Assembly (NCBI RefSeq): GCF_001194135.2
Contig: NC_068990.1
Span: 37,612,420 to 37,676,419 of the forward strand
Source: Octopus bimaculoides
Taxonomy: Eukaryota
Direction of reading: 5' to 3'
DNA length: 64,000 nt
Made by a program: the position numbers and the translations under genes
Shown here: piece after piece, positions 51,334 to 64,000 of the stretch
Position numbering within the stretch: position 1 is the first letter of the stretch
How the letters are laid out: each line of letters starts with the position of its first letter
Notes under the pieces: model-generated
Seen by the model: the letters and a program-made list of their open reading frames with translations, nothing else
The model's database searches: none
What the model was told of the DNA's origin: nothing

Positions 51334-51936
51334 GCACAGTAATTAGAAAGAGTGCAGAGATAAAAGGTAGAAGGTGTACATTTGCAAAAGAATTGGACAA
51401 GAATGAAAAATCACAAAATGGAAAATGAAAACAAGAGGGAATTTAAAAAGAAAGAAAAAAAAATAATAGAAATACGAATGTATAAATATGCAAAAAAAAA
51501 AAGTTTAGAAAAATTATGAGAAAAGTTAGTTCCCCCGAGGGGGCTAGGAATCAGTGTAGTAGTCGTGGTGGCAATATAGCAAGTTCAAAGCATAGTATAT
51601 GCAGTCTATAATTTCCTCCTTTTACATACATCACATGAGAAAAATATGCATCGTTAGTACATTCTGTGGTTCAATGATGAGGGTGTATTTTTTGTTTGTT
51701 TTTGATGTCATTTTTCATTTTTGTCTTTGTTTTGTTTCATATATTATATGATTTTTGTTGTTGTTGTTGTTCGTGGTGGTGATTTTCACGTATTTATTTA
51801 TTCATCTATTTGTTTATTTACATTTTCGTTTCTCTCTTTTCTGCAATTTAGTTCCAAAATTCATTTGTATATTTACCTATTTTTAATTAAGTTATTAATT
51901 CAGTTATTTATTTATTCATTTATATAATTTTACCTA

Positions 51937-51980
<44 letters not shown>

Positions 51981-52066
51981 NNNNNNNNNNNNNNNNNNNN
52001 NNNNNNNNNNNNNNNNNNNNNNNNNNNNNNNNNNNNNNNNNNNNNNNNNNNNNNNNNNNNNNNNNN

Positions 52067-52105
<39 letters not shown>

Positions 52106-52549
52106 TCATGTATGTGTGTGCCATAAATATAGCTCTAACTTCTAATCTCTCTTTAGTTTGGAACTTTCTTAACCATAACAATGTCTCCTGGTGAAGACTT
52201 CAAAGGGAGGTAAATCTAGTTGAAGTCAATGAAAAAAAACATTATGAAGAAAACAGTCTATATATGAGTGTGTATGTATGCATGTTCTTCTGTCAATTAT
52301 CTCATGTATGTGAGTGCATATACCTATAACTTTACATATGAATTAATACTGTGGCAGATGCACATTCACACAAGACAATGCGTATATGGTTATATACATA
52401 GGAAAATGTATTGTTTTCTACACCTATAGATACATAAATGGAACTAGTTCTTATGTTCTTACATTATTAAATGTAAAAGTTTATATATCTATATATGCAT
52501 GTATATATATGATATAATATAATATAATATAATATAATATATATATATA

Positions 52550-52865
52550 TGTATTGGTGCCGTGCAAAAGTGTCGCATAAAAGCACTTGTGCTGGTGCCA
52601 TGTAAAAGTGTCACTTATGGGTACCACTTAAAGCACCCGTGCCTGTCCCACATAAATGTGCTTGTGTCAGGGATACGTTAAAAACACACAGTGCTTTCTG
52701 TAAAGTGGTTGATGTTAGGAAGGGCATTCAGCCATAGAAACCGTGCCAAAACAGACAATTGGAGCCCAGGTAGCTCCCCAGTTGGCCAGCTCCAGTTGAA
52801 CCATCAAACTCATGCCAGCACGCCAACACAGAGAACAAATGTTAAATGGTGATGATGATAATAAT
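52550..52865 (+). mobile_element. RTE-type 3' UTR variant with short repeat units and (GAT)n tail
   Basis: ggtgccatgtaaaag-type units, then gttaggaagggcattcagccatagaaacc…catgccagc…gttaaatggtgatgatg. Confidence 0.65.
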
Positions 52866-52869
52866 GATA

Positions 52870-52905
<36 letters not shown>

Positions 52906-52918
52906 GATAACTGACAAC

Positions 52919-53784
52919 TATTTGACTTAGAGAAGAATATACATACATCTAATATAGGTGTGTGTACACATGCACACAAATTCACATACATACAAGTGCA
53001 GGGGCTGAATATCTTAGCAAAAACCTGGAGGAGAAACACAGAATTCTACAAAAAATGTTATGTATGGCTATGCTTCTCAAAAATATTTAAAAAATGACAA
53101 TATTAGCATGAAGTCTAATGGATGACTGTTGCATCATGAAACATCTCAAACTTCATGCATTTGCAACTCAAAACCAGGAGACGGATTTGAATTACTTCAG
53201 GACCAAATGAACTAGCAAAACGCTAATAAATGTCAGGATGTAATGAGTCTTCTGTGGAGGACAAAATACATGTAATCAATAATTACTTAAAAATATCATC
53301 AAGATACTCTCTCCTTCTGTGACATGATGTTGATGCAAAACAAAACATATTACTCTCAGTAGAAAAGACTACCCAGGGATCATTATACATCAACACAAAC
53401 CTTGATAGAAGTTCTGAGGGAACACTCCCATTAAATATTTTACCAAGTGCAAGCATAACAGACGTATGACAGATATTTGGGATGTAACAGCTTAAGTTGT
53501 GTATAATCATACAGGTTAATTGCCCTGTAGGTATGGAAATCTCTTCCAAAATAATTTGGGATTGTTCCTTACACATGCACAATCCACTCTTGCAGTACTG
53601 AATGTGCAACTTTATTGATGATGACCCTTTTTCATTACTCAAATAACTCTAGCGTATTTGACGTAGAGAAGAATATACATACATCTAATATATGTGTGTG
53701 TACACATGCACACAGATTCACAAGTGGAGGAGCTGCATATCTTAGCAAAAACCTGGAGGAGAAACACAGAATTCTACAAAAATG
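52919..53784 (+). repeat. ~130-139 bp direct repeats (52919-53057 and 53655-53784)
   Basis: tatttgac.tagagaagaatatacatacatctaatat…tatcttagcaaaaacctggaggagaaacacagaattctacaaaaa occurs twice. Confidence 0.9.
53060..53620 (+). pseudogene. RLE-type LINE remnant (CCHC knuckle and endonuclease region)
   Basis: HAFATQNQE, C..C…VEDKIHVINNYLKISSRYSLLL*HDVDAK, KHNRR…IWD and KLCIIIQVNCPVGMEIS, with frameshifts. Confidence 0.65.
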
Positions 53785-54719
53785 AGACATGCACAATGTT
53801 GCAAGTCTCATCTTTTCTTTCATAGAAGATGTTCAGTTGTGCATTATCCCTTGTTTCCAATAGTCATGGAATTTCTCAAAGAACTTAGTTTGTCAATTTT
53901 AGCAAGTCCATGTTTTAAGAATGTCTCTCAAAGAAATTGCGTGCACCATGTGCAAAACATCTTCTCTCCAAAGTACCTGAAGTGGGGAATAAAGATCCTT
54001 CCAACTGTCTCCCTTCATAACATACACTTAATGGCCTTAAATCTATGTTTTACGAGTACTTTGCCTAATGTTGATATGCTCTTTCTGTTCTTTTGTTACT
54101 ATCTCATTATATTGCATTTAAGTCTTTTGTCAATTATTTCTAAGTCTATTATCTATTATTCTATAACCATGTCGTTAGTGTTCCGCACATTGCTATCTGA
54201 AATACATATGTGCATATAGAGGTTTTGTGGCATTAATGCTATTCCTTTTTCTCTATCCTTTTACCACAAAGTGATCTATAAGCTTCAATTTGGGTGCAAG
54301 TAAAAATGCCAACTTATGACCAAATTGACTTATGACCAGTCAGTCAGAACCAATCGTGGTCATAAGTCGACAACGACTTGTATAAATAAAGAGGAAGTAT
54401 ACAAAAATAAATGCTTGTTGTCATCTTACAGTTTTAATCCAGCCCTAAATAAGCTGAATGGTCTTTGCATATCATATAATATTAGAAATCACAGCTACTG
54501 TAGTTATTTATACTTATATCATCCTTGATGGAGCAGACCTATGATCAGAAACTTTCCAGCCATGGCCATCTAATCTGTGTATTATGCACTACATTTTCCT
54601 TGCAACATTGTTTATTTGAAATGGTAAAGTTTTATTTGAGGTGCGGGGTGATACACACTATAGCTATTTTTGTCACATTAAACAAGCAAATAGAGGTCCT
54701 CACATTTGAAGTTTTTCTC

Positions 54720-54945
54720 TTCTTTTTCTTGTTTCAGTCATTAAACTGTTTCAGTCATTAGATGTTGGGGTACCAAAATGCCTCACAATGAAGGAATTTG
54801 ACAGAATCGACCCCTGTACTTATTGTTTTTTAATGCCAGGTACTAGTTCTAACAGTCTTGTTTGCTGAACCACTAAGAAATGAGAATGCAAGCACAACAA
54901 TGCTGACTGTCAAGTAGTAGAGGGGACAAACACTGAAATTCCTTT
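54720..54945 (-). mobile_element. SINE family A 3' half
   Basis: ttcttgtttcagtcatt…aatcgacccc…tgctgaaccactaag. Confidence 0.6.
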
Positions 54946-55721
54946 TCTTTTTTCCTCCAAATTTGTGGTCATAATGCTGGCTATAGTTAACATCACCACC
55001 ACCACCACCACCATCACCACAACCACCACCACCACCATCGTCAGCATCATTACCATCATCATCAAATTTGACCTCTTGACTTGTAATGAACTAGAGCTGC
55101 CATCCACCTCATCCAATTGGCCAAACTGCTGTCACTCAGAAAAGAGAATGGAAATGTAAAGAAAACAAAATGAAACACAACAAAAAGCCATTAACAATAG
55201 TGTTAATGAATGCCAGAACATCATGGTTTGTTTTTAATTAAACAATCTCTATTTCTATAGTTTAAAATTGATTTTGGCTTTGTGTGTTATTTTTAACATG
55301 TTTTTAAATTTTATTTTGTCATATTTTCATGATTTACTATTTGCTTGCTTGTTTGTAAAATTTGTTACTTGTGATTAAATTTCCTTTGAACCAAATTTCT
55401 CTTTAAAGTAAATTTTTCCTTCGTCTTCCATTTTTCCTTTTCAAATTGAAGAATACATAAAAATCTAAACTGATAGATTATTCTGTTCAGTGAAAGAAGC
55501 AAAAGTCATTGTCAATATTTGTCTTAATCAAAGATTGTATTGGAGTCTTATCTTTTGATAATCCAATTCATCTTATGTAAATATTTCTACAAAAGTGTAA
55601 ATATCCGTTTTCTTTTGTAAAATGTAAAAGTGATAAATCTTTTAAGTTTCATTTGAAAGATCTAATTAACTCAATTGCCATACAACCAATGCTGTAGATT
55701 TGTAAACTGATGGCCAGGAGA

Positions 55722-55755
<34 letters not shown>

Positions 55756-56249
55756 GATGGTGATGGGGCAGGGTGTCAGTGTTGGTGGAGGAATAGAAGG
55801 AAGAGGAAATACATAAAATGAAAACAAATAAATAAACGAATGAAATAGGAAATGCTTCATCATTGAATTATTGAATCAAGGGTATATAAATATAGATAAA
55901 TGAATAAGTAGATTAATATATATATATATTTATATATATATGTATATACTAAGATATATATATATTTATATATACATATTTATATGTATGTATATACTGA
56001 GATATATATATATATAATTTATATATACACATACATGTATGTCTGTGAGCATGTGTGTGTGTGTGTGTGTGTTTGTGTGCATCTGTGGGACTATGTTGTA
56101 TTGCCTGCTTTTCTATGATTGGAATCTACATAGTCCGGCACGAGTGAAATAGACCATTATAAAATCCTTAATACAAAGACAATGAACTCTTGTCAACTAG
56201 TTAAGATTGTTGTACAGATACACATACATAAATACATATGTATATGTAT

Positions 56250-57150
56250 ATACCATGTCTCCCACAAAAATGTTTACACTCATTAAATGATTATAAAGTC
56301 AGCGTTCATTAAAATATATTTCATTTTCATAATCTAAAAAAAAAAAATCTACTGATAGAATTCAATATTTTATGAAAATCTGTTCCAGACTAATGACCAT
56401 TGTGTTCCAAGCACTGCTGATAATGTGAAACAATGGAACTGCAAACATCAAGAAACATTTATTCAGTAATTGTGTGTATTCTTATTCAATGGCTGCCCTC
56501 AATTTGTCAACTGTTGCCAAAACTGAAAATTTTACTTTTAAGCATCCTCATAAGAAACGTCTAGTGATATTAAATCCAGTGTACACAGAATATTCTAATG
56601 AATTTATTCCTCCATTCCATCTATAAGGCAAACTCTCTACATGGGAATACCCCATATCACTGGATAGATTGTCATGTTAAGTTCAAGTAAATGGTACAAT
56701 TACAGTATCATAAGATAAAAATGATTCAATTAATCCCCTTCATGATAAGTAGCACCATTTTGTAACTCCTGGTAAATTAATATGCAGATTCTTAGGTTCT
56801 TTGTAGATGCAACTGTAGCAGTTAAATGCACATTTAATCTAAATATAGCTTTGTCATTCCAAACAATCTTTGTTGATAAGTGTGCATCTTTTACACATCT
56901 TGCTAAGTACCACTCGTTGTCTACTACTCAATCTATATTCATTTTCATTGGAACATGGGCTATTTTTGGAATGTAACATTTTCATTGACAGAGCTTCGAA
57001 TATGATGGGGACTTGATTTTGAAATTCCTATCCCAGGATCTACTTGCTGCACAAATTTTCTTCAACCCTGGCAATATGTTTCTAATACTCTCTGCTTTGT
57101 GGATCTTATCAATGTCTGCAATTTCCTGGAAAGTTTCTTGTGAACATTCT
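56250..57150 (-). pseudogene. Highly degraded Tc1/mariner-family transposase
   Basis: rc: [12 protein letters not shown]…PYRWNG…GCLKVK…ATVDKLRAAIE, loosely matching GIIGPFF…RWIGR…WGYLKSKVY…TVDELRAAI. Confidence 0.5.
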
Positions 57151-57239
57151 AAACAGTTTTAATCTCGGTTTTGAGTGATGGTAAGTTTCAGATAAGATAT
57201 GGAGGTAATGCATTAATAAGGATTGCACTAAAGCAGTGA

Positions 57240-57420
57240 GCAAACAGAATCAGAGAAAAATGCCCAACAATATTTCTTCTGGCTCTTTATGTTCTGAGTT
57301 CAACTTTGCATTTCTTCCTTTTGGGGGTCAATAAAATAATGCGTAGTTAAATTCTGGGGGTTGATGTAATTGACCCTCAGCACTTAGCCTCTTCTAAAAT
57401 TGCTGGCTTTGTACCAAAAT
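57240..57420 (+). mobile_element. SINE family B, old copy
   Basis: gcagtgagcaaacagaatc…gttctgagttcaactttgc…ggggtcaataaaataa…ggggttgatgtaattgac. Confidence 0.6.
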
Positions 57421-57689
57421 TTGCAATTATTTTTAAGGGTTGCATTGTTACAACAAGACAATAAGGCTGACACTGTGAGGGCAGTCAATCTGTTTGAAAT
57501 TGCTAATAAATTTCCCTCAAATTAAATCCTACCATCAAAACAAGACAAATAGAAAAATATACTCCTATAAATGTTACATAAGGAACACATCAGAGAAAGT
57601 AGTCATAGATGTTCTATATCTGAGAGTGTATTCCCAGATGCACTATACCTAAAAAACACATAGATTCATGTGAGCATATATATATATCA

Positions 57690-57885
57690 TCATCATCATT
57701 GTCATCATCGTTAAGCGCCCACTTTCCATGCTGACATGGGTTGGACGGTTTGACTGAGGACTGGTGAGTCAGAGGCTGCTTCAGGCTCAATCTTGTCTGG
57801 CAAAGTTTCTACTGCTGGATCACCTTCCTAACACCAACCATTCCGAGAGTGTAGTGGGTACTTTTTATGTACCACCAGCACATAT
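57690..57885 (-). mobile_element. RTE-type tail (family D)
   Basis: catcatcg…ctttccatgctgacatgggttggacggtttgactgagg…ttccgagagtgtagtgggtactttttatgtacc. Confidence 0.8.
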
Positions 57886-58059
57886 ACGTTCATGTATACG
57901 TACATACAAACAAAAATACCCTGTAGTTGATGTTGAAATTCCAATAAAGGAACCTTGAATCTAGGTTAGAGAGCAATTCTTTCTCTATTGGCAAGAAATA
58001 TTGAAATAAAACTGAACAATGACATACATAAATACATAAACACATGCACACACAATGGT

Positions 58060-58270
58060 CTTCCTCTTGTTTCCATCTACCAAATCCACTCACAAGGCTT
58101 TCGTTGGTCTGAGGCTATACTAGAAGACACTTGTCCAAGGTACCATGCAGTAAGACTGAACCCAGAACCATGCAGTTGAGAAAGAAGCAAGCTTCTTACC
58201 ACACAGCCACACCTGCACCTATTCTTCAACTCTTTTATTTGTTTCAGTCATTAGATTGCAGCCATGCTTT
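58060..58270 (-). mobile_element. SINE family A head (plus a tail fragment)
   Basis: caaatccactcacaaggcttt…gacacttgtccaagg…gactgaacccagaacc…cttaccacacagccacacctgcacct. Confidence 0.8.
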
Positions 58271-59304
58271 TAACAATACCATGATATGTAAATGGTACCG
58301 GCTTGAAAGGTATTTTATTTAAAATGAGATATGTTAGCAATCACCAGTATAAAAACAAAAATAGAAAATAAGCATTCAAAGACAATCTGAAATTTAAATG
58401 TACAACTGGGTATTTAGTTCTTTGGTAAGAAATTCGCTAGCATCTCGGTGAATGGTATCTATGTGGTTTTGATACCTCAGATTTGTAATACATGCACTGA
58501 TGTATATATAGGTGTACATACATAGATGCATGTATGATTGTACAAGCAAGGCTACATACAAGACTATAAAAATGCACATAAATACAGAGAGACATTCTGA
58601 TACACATACATACACATGTGCCAGTATGTGCGTGTATGTATGCTTGTGTGTGTGTGTGTGTACTGATCAGGAAATGAAAATATTTGTTGCTTTTTTTTCT
58701 GGAAGGAAGAAAACAGTACCTTTGCCAAAGAATTCTTTCACCATTTTTCTTCTATTCTTCCTTTCTTTCATCAATCATTTTCATCACTGTTTCTTATTCC
58801 TTTTTATTCTTTTCTTTTTTCACAATACCCTTTCATTTTCTTTTTAATCATTCTCTTCCTTCTTTCCCCGTTTTTAAACTAATCAGCAATGTTTCCAACT
58901 TCTCGATATTGTGTCCCATCTTTGACAAGCTTCTATAGTCATTTCTAGCATCAACTCTATACATTTACCAAGTCCCAAGAGTCCCAAGCCTTCAACAAAG
59001 ACCGAGACAAATATTTCTTTGTATTGGTGTGACATAGCGACTTTCACAACAGCATGTATAACATTATGCTGACGAATGCATTGGGTTAACTTAATTTCTG
59101 TGGCCTAATTGAGGAAACTGGGAAAAATGCAATGTTAAGGGATAAAAAGAAAGAAAATGTCTGAAGACATAACAATGAATTCTTCACACGTACTCATACA
59201 CATACACACAAGCATATGCATGTGTATATAAGTGTGTGTGCATGTAGTATACATAAACAGACATGTGTGAATGATTATGCATATACACTAATGTTTATAT
59301 ATAT

Positions 59305-59379
<75 letters not shown>

Positions 59380-59482
59380 TAGATAGATAGATAGATGTAT
59401 AAATGTGTGTGTGCAAGTATGCATATGTATATATACATATATGTATGTATAATATATATATATATATATATGCCCATATATA

Positions 59483-59530
<48 letters not shown>

Positions 59531-60824
59531 TACACACACACATACACCTTCATATGTATATATACATAAGCATACACATATACTCATATATGCAACATAA
59601 TTTATTCTTATCATGGATACTATAAACAAGTCATTTACATGCCTGTATAAAGTTCTGCGTGCATTTATTTGTGATAATAATTATACTCATGGATATACAT
59701 GTACAAACATGCACATCTGGATATACATGCAAATATATGCAGGTAAACCTACTGAAGGAGACACATGCAGATTTGCATACAGACCCATGTAAATGCACAC
59801 ATGAAATTCATAAAACATTGAGACTTTTGTAAATATACAAACTCACACATGTCCATGCACAATCGTACATTTGTGCATAATTACATGCAGAAAAGCATGC
59901 AATCATCAATGCATTGATATTAACAGATATATATCCATTCACAAATGCTTTTGCGCAGATACACTTGAGTAAATGAATTTAGTGTGGAAGAATAGTTCTT
60001 TCAGTTTGAGGTTCATTGTTTTGTGAGGATGTAATAAAAGTATTTTATCAGACAGATGACTGAATCTAACAATAACAGCTAAATCTACCTTAAATCATAT
60101 CATACTCTGTTATGAAAAGAAGATCACATTGAATAATCTAGATCTAAGTAAAAAACATAAATTAGATCACATTGAATAATTTAGATCTAGGTAAAAAGCA
60201 TTTGTAAAAAAACATAAAAGCTGGGTTCGTCAAGGGTAGAAAGCCTTTAAAATAGGCCTTGCTTAATCGTACTCTGCCTGTGTAAATATATGAGGAAAAG
60301 CCCTCACCTTTCTTTATTAGTTATATTACTCACATCAAAAGTTGAACTCAAGTTCTCAGAAGTACAAAAGAACAAGATATGTCCTAAAATTTTGAAACAG
60401 CAGAACATAAAACTGACAAAATTCACTTACAGCAGAAAGATGCAGTTACATTTGATGTGTGTGTATGTGTGTGTGTGTGTGAGTGCATGCCTGCATGTGT
60501 GTATGCATACGTGCGTGTGTCTTTCTGTTCTTCCATCTGGCTGTTCCATTATTCATTATTATTTATTTTCTTAATTTAGCCGTTACCTTATGTATCACTT
60601 TTTAGCAACAAATATTATCAAACAAGTGGAAAAGAACTCCTTAGATCAGAATTTGAGTTATCTTTTCTCCTTCATTATATTTAAAACACCACAATAATCC
60701 AAACTTTTTAAATGACTGCCATTTTCTTCTGTTGCAATGGAAAGTTGCTCTTGAGAGCTTGATGAGTGTTTTTATATAACAAACATAATTAGTTTCGTAG
60801 CTCATTGTATTACTATTACTGAGA

Positions 60825-60945
60825 TATGGTTGTGGTTAAGAAGCTTACTTCCCAACTATGAGTTTGGGTTGAGCTTCACTAGCACCATAGACAATTGTTT
60901 CTACCATAACTCCAGGCCAATCAAAGTCTTGTGAATGGATTTGAA
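60825..60945 (+). mobile_element. Degenerate SINE family A head
   Basis: ggttgtggttaagaagcttacttcccaac…ccaatcaaagtcttgtgaatggattt. Confidence 0.55.
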
Positions 60946-61252
60946 AGGAAGTGTGTGCATTTGTGTGCATACATGTGTATGTTGTGTGTGCATGTGTGTG
61001 TGTGCATGCCAGTGTAACTGCCTGCATGTGTGTGCATATGTGTTTATGGGTACTCTTGTCTAGACATCATATGATGGTTGTAAACAAACATTCTCATCAT
61101 AAAAGTGAAGTTGTTATTTGCTAGTCTAGCTATGGGAAATTTTCTGCTAGAAATAGAAACCAAATTTTCTTCAAATCTCAAATTACACCCATACAAATAT
61201 GAATGATTTATTACATAGTGTAATCCTCATTACATTATATCTAAATAAACCA

Positions 61253-61375
61253 TCATCATCATCATCATCATCATCGTCGTTTAACGTCCGCTTTCCATGC
61301 TAGCATGGGTTGGACGATTTGACTGAGGACTGGTGAACCAGATGGCTACACCAGGCTTCCAATCTGATTTGGCAG
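61253..61375 (-). mobile_element. Young 5'-truncated RTE-type tail (family D)
   Basis: (cat)n cgtcgtttaacgtccgctttccatgctagcatgggttggacg…; CpGs are intact. Confidence 0.8.
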
Positions 61376-61946
61376 CCTGGAATGCCTTTCAGCTTAGGTT
61401 CTGCCCAACTTGTGTTGACCTAGGGGCTTATTAACAACAATCTTGTTTCTGATGGTTGGCGCATGGCAGCACCCTCATCATTTATTAGGGTCATCCATAC
61501 ATAAGCTTCTGCTCGACGTGAGTAGTGTCTTACTTTGGCTACAAGGAACCCATGCCTATGCCAAACATAGCTTCTCACAAAATCTTCCTCGATCTCATTT
61601 GCTTGTCATTTTAGTATTGTTGTTGTGTTAATATGTCAAGATCTGGATGGATGCATGAGCAGCTTCTGAGTAATGGCAGCTTGTATCACAGATCAACAGA
61701 ATGGAGATACTGATTGAGTTTGATTAAAGTTGTCCATAAGTTTTGTGCTATGAATTCTACATGAGGAATTACATTTTTTCTTTTTTTTGAAATTACAAGG
61801 GCATTTCTTGAAAATGACAATTTAAAAGACAATAAGGATACACTACAGATTTCTACACAAATAACAGAGTATCTCATTCATTTTTCTGTAGCTCGCTTGA
61901 TATATATGAGTGTGCACACATTACACATACAAATGCATAAATATAC

Positions 61947-62000
<54 letters not shown>

Positions 62001-62495
62001 AACACACACATATGCATATATATATGTCGCACACATATCATTTATGTATGTATATAGTAATTATCTATCTGATGGGACTAGATAAAGATTCAGAGGTAAA
62101 TTGCATATTTCATCAAAAATAGCTTATATTTTAAATCATTATTATCATATGTCACTTCAAAATAAGTCATGGACAACACAGAAATAATAATGATGATGAT
62201 AATAATAATAATAATTCCTTCATCTATATTCATACAAAAACAACAAGGCAATAATAAACATTGGCTACTATTTTTTTTTATTTTATTTAGAATTTTATTT
62301 TACATCTTTTAAATATAAATAGATAGACAGATAGATAGATAGATAGATAGATAGATGAATGCATATATATATGTGCGTGTGTTTGTATATTTCTACATTT
62401 ATACATTTGCATATTTATTATCATTCATTGTTATTAATACAGTTATTGTTGTTTAAATCCAATCACATTCCTTTCCATTGCACAACAAAGCAATA

Positions 62496-62526
<31 letters not shown>

Positions 62527-62726
62527 AAACAAGATTGTTTTAGAATTTTTACATTTTTACAATATTCCATCCTTTTTCATGGAACAATGGTAGGGAGTGG
62601 AAATTTTGATGGAGTCAAACTATATTAGAATCAACCTGATGCCTTCCATTTCATTGTCTTATTCTGGCTGTTCTTGTTGTTGTCATTTTAGTTATTGCTG
62701 CTTCAAGTTTGAACCTGCAAGTAGGA

Positions 62727-62794
<68 letters not shown>

Positions 62795-63058
62795 ATATGA
62801 ATGTATGTATGTATGTATGTATACAGAGAGAGATAAATAAGTAGATAGATAAAGAGATAGATAAATTGAAAGAAAAATGGACAGGCAAATAAGGAGATAA
62901 ATAGTAAAACTAGTTGATAGATAGATAGCAAGGTATATATGTGTGTGCATAAGTAGGTATATATGTGTGTGTATATATAGGTATATATGTGTGTGCATAA
63001 TGTATGTATGTATGTATATGTGCATGCATTTATATGTATGTATGTATACTAAATAAAG

Positions 63059-63124
<66 letters not shown>

Positions 63125-63910
63125 ATAAACAAATAGCTGAAGAGATGGAGAGATAGATGAATAGATAGATAGATAGATAGACAGAAAATCTGAAATTTTC
63201 AAGATTACTATGAAAAATAAAATAAAAATTATGTCCCAATTGCAATTCCTTTTCTCTGTACAAACCCCCATCGTATCTACCATACCAAATACTTTGAATA
63301 TCAAACAATAAGAAAAATTTAAGAAAAAAGAAAGCGAGAAAAGAAAACCCACAAAGAAAATTAACCTGAAGAATAAACACAATATGAAATGTCTTCTCGA
63401 AAACAAAACAAAACATAACATATCACAATGAAATTAAAAAAATCAATAAAAAAATTTGAAACATAATGTAATAAAAAGATTTAAAACAACTGTATCCAGA
63501 AAGAAGTCTAACATCAACAACAAAAACATCATCAACAGAAATATTATAACTGACAATAATAAATAGAAGCAATATAATGAATATATAATAACTTCACTTT
63601 ACATTAAATTATGAAATCAAATGGCTATATTTTCTTTATCATACTCTAGAGTATTTGGAGAAAAACTAAACCAAGGTTGTTTGAAAAGAAAAGAGTGCAT
63701 GTGTGTGTATGTGTGTATGTGCGTGCATGTGTGTGCGTGTACATGTATTAAAAATAGCATTAAGAATCTAGACTCTTTGAGGAATACTACTGCCAGGGAA
63801 TCCAAACATTCAAATTCTCTTGGTGGAAGATTCTAGACAGCTGACATAAAGGTTTTAGTGCCATCAAAGAAATCATGCATGCTTAAAAAAGGCCACCAAC
63901 ATTTTTCACA

Positions 63911-63943
<33 letters not shown>

Positions 63944-64000
63944 TATATGGACATATGTATGATTTTATACATATATATATAGATACATATATGTATCTAT

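Noticed and set aside
53782-54219. 145-aa ORF after the second direct repeat; possible piggyBac-like Cys-rich end on the minus strand
   Set aside because: There are no recognisable domain motifs, the 3' part is low-complexity and hydrophobic, and the minus frames contain many stops.
60121-60200. ~43-bp tandem duplication (agatcacattgaataat.tagatcta.gtaaaaa)
   Set aside because: It is real but trivial, a local slippage next to a common repeat.

Overview
AT-rich, microsatellite- and transposon-dense animal genomic DNA with nine N-gaps. The SINE, LINE and DNA-transposon families resemble those of octopod cephalopods, so this is probably an Octopus short-read scaffold (inference). No host protein-coding gene can be identified with confidence, and almost all tracked ORFs are translations of microsatellites or gaps. 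Recognisable content: (i) three tRNA-derived SINE families, including a near-consensus copy nested in an older copy of its own family; (ii) RTE-like LINE fragments, including 3' UTRs carrying arrays of short stem-loop units and a 3' end encoding two C2H2 fingers; (iii) three restriction-like-endonuclease (R4/Dong-type) LINE remnants; (iv) mariner/Tc1 transposase relics and mariner-, hAT- and piggyBac-type MITEs; (v) a Helitron/Helentron-like non-autonomous element; (vi) two fold-back elements with target-site duplications whose arms carry minimal type-I hammerhead ribozyme motifs (Penelope-like), which is the most interesting signal; (vii) an unexplained AT-rich but CpG-containing block (17.0-18.3 kb) with a duplicated E-box plus YY1-like unit; (viii) a few weak candidate small exons on the + strand. 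All coordinates and translations were read by eye and are approximate.
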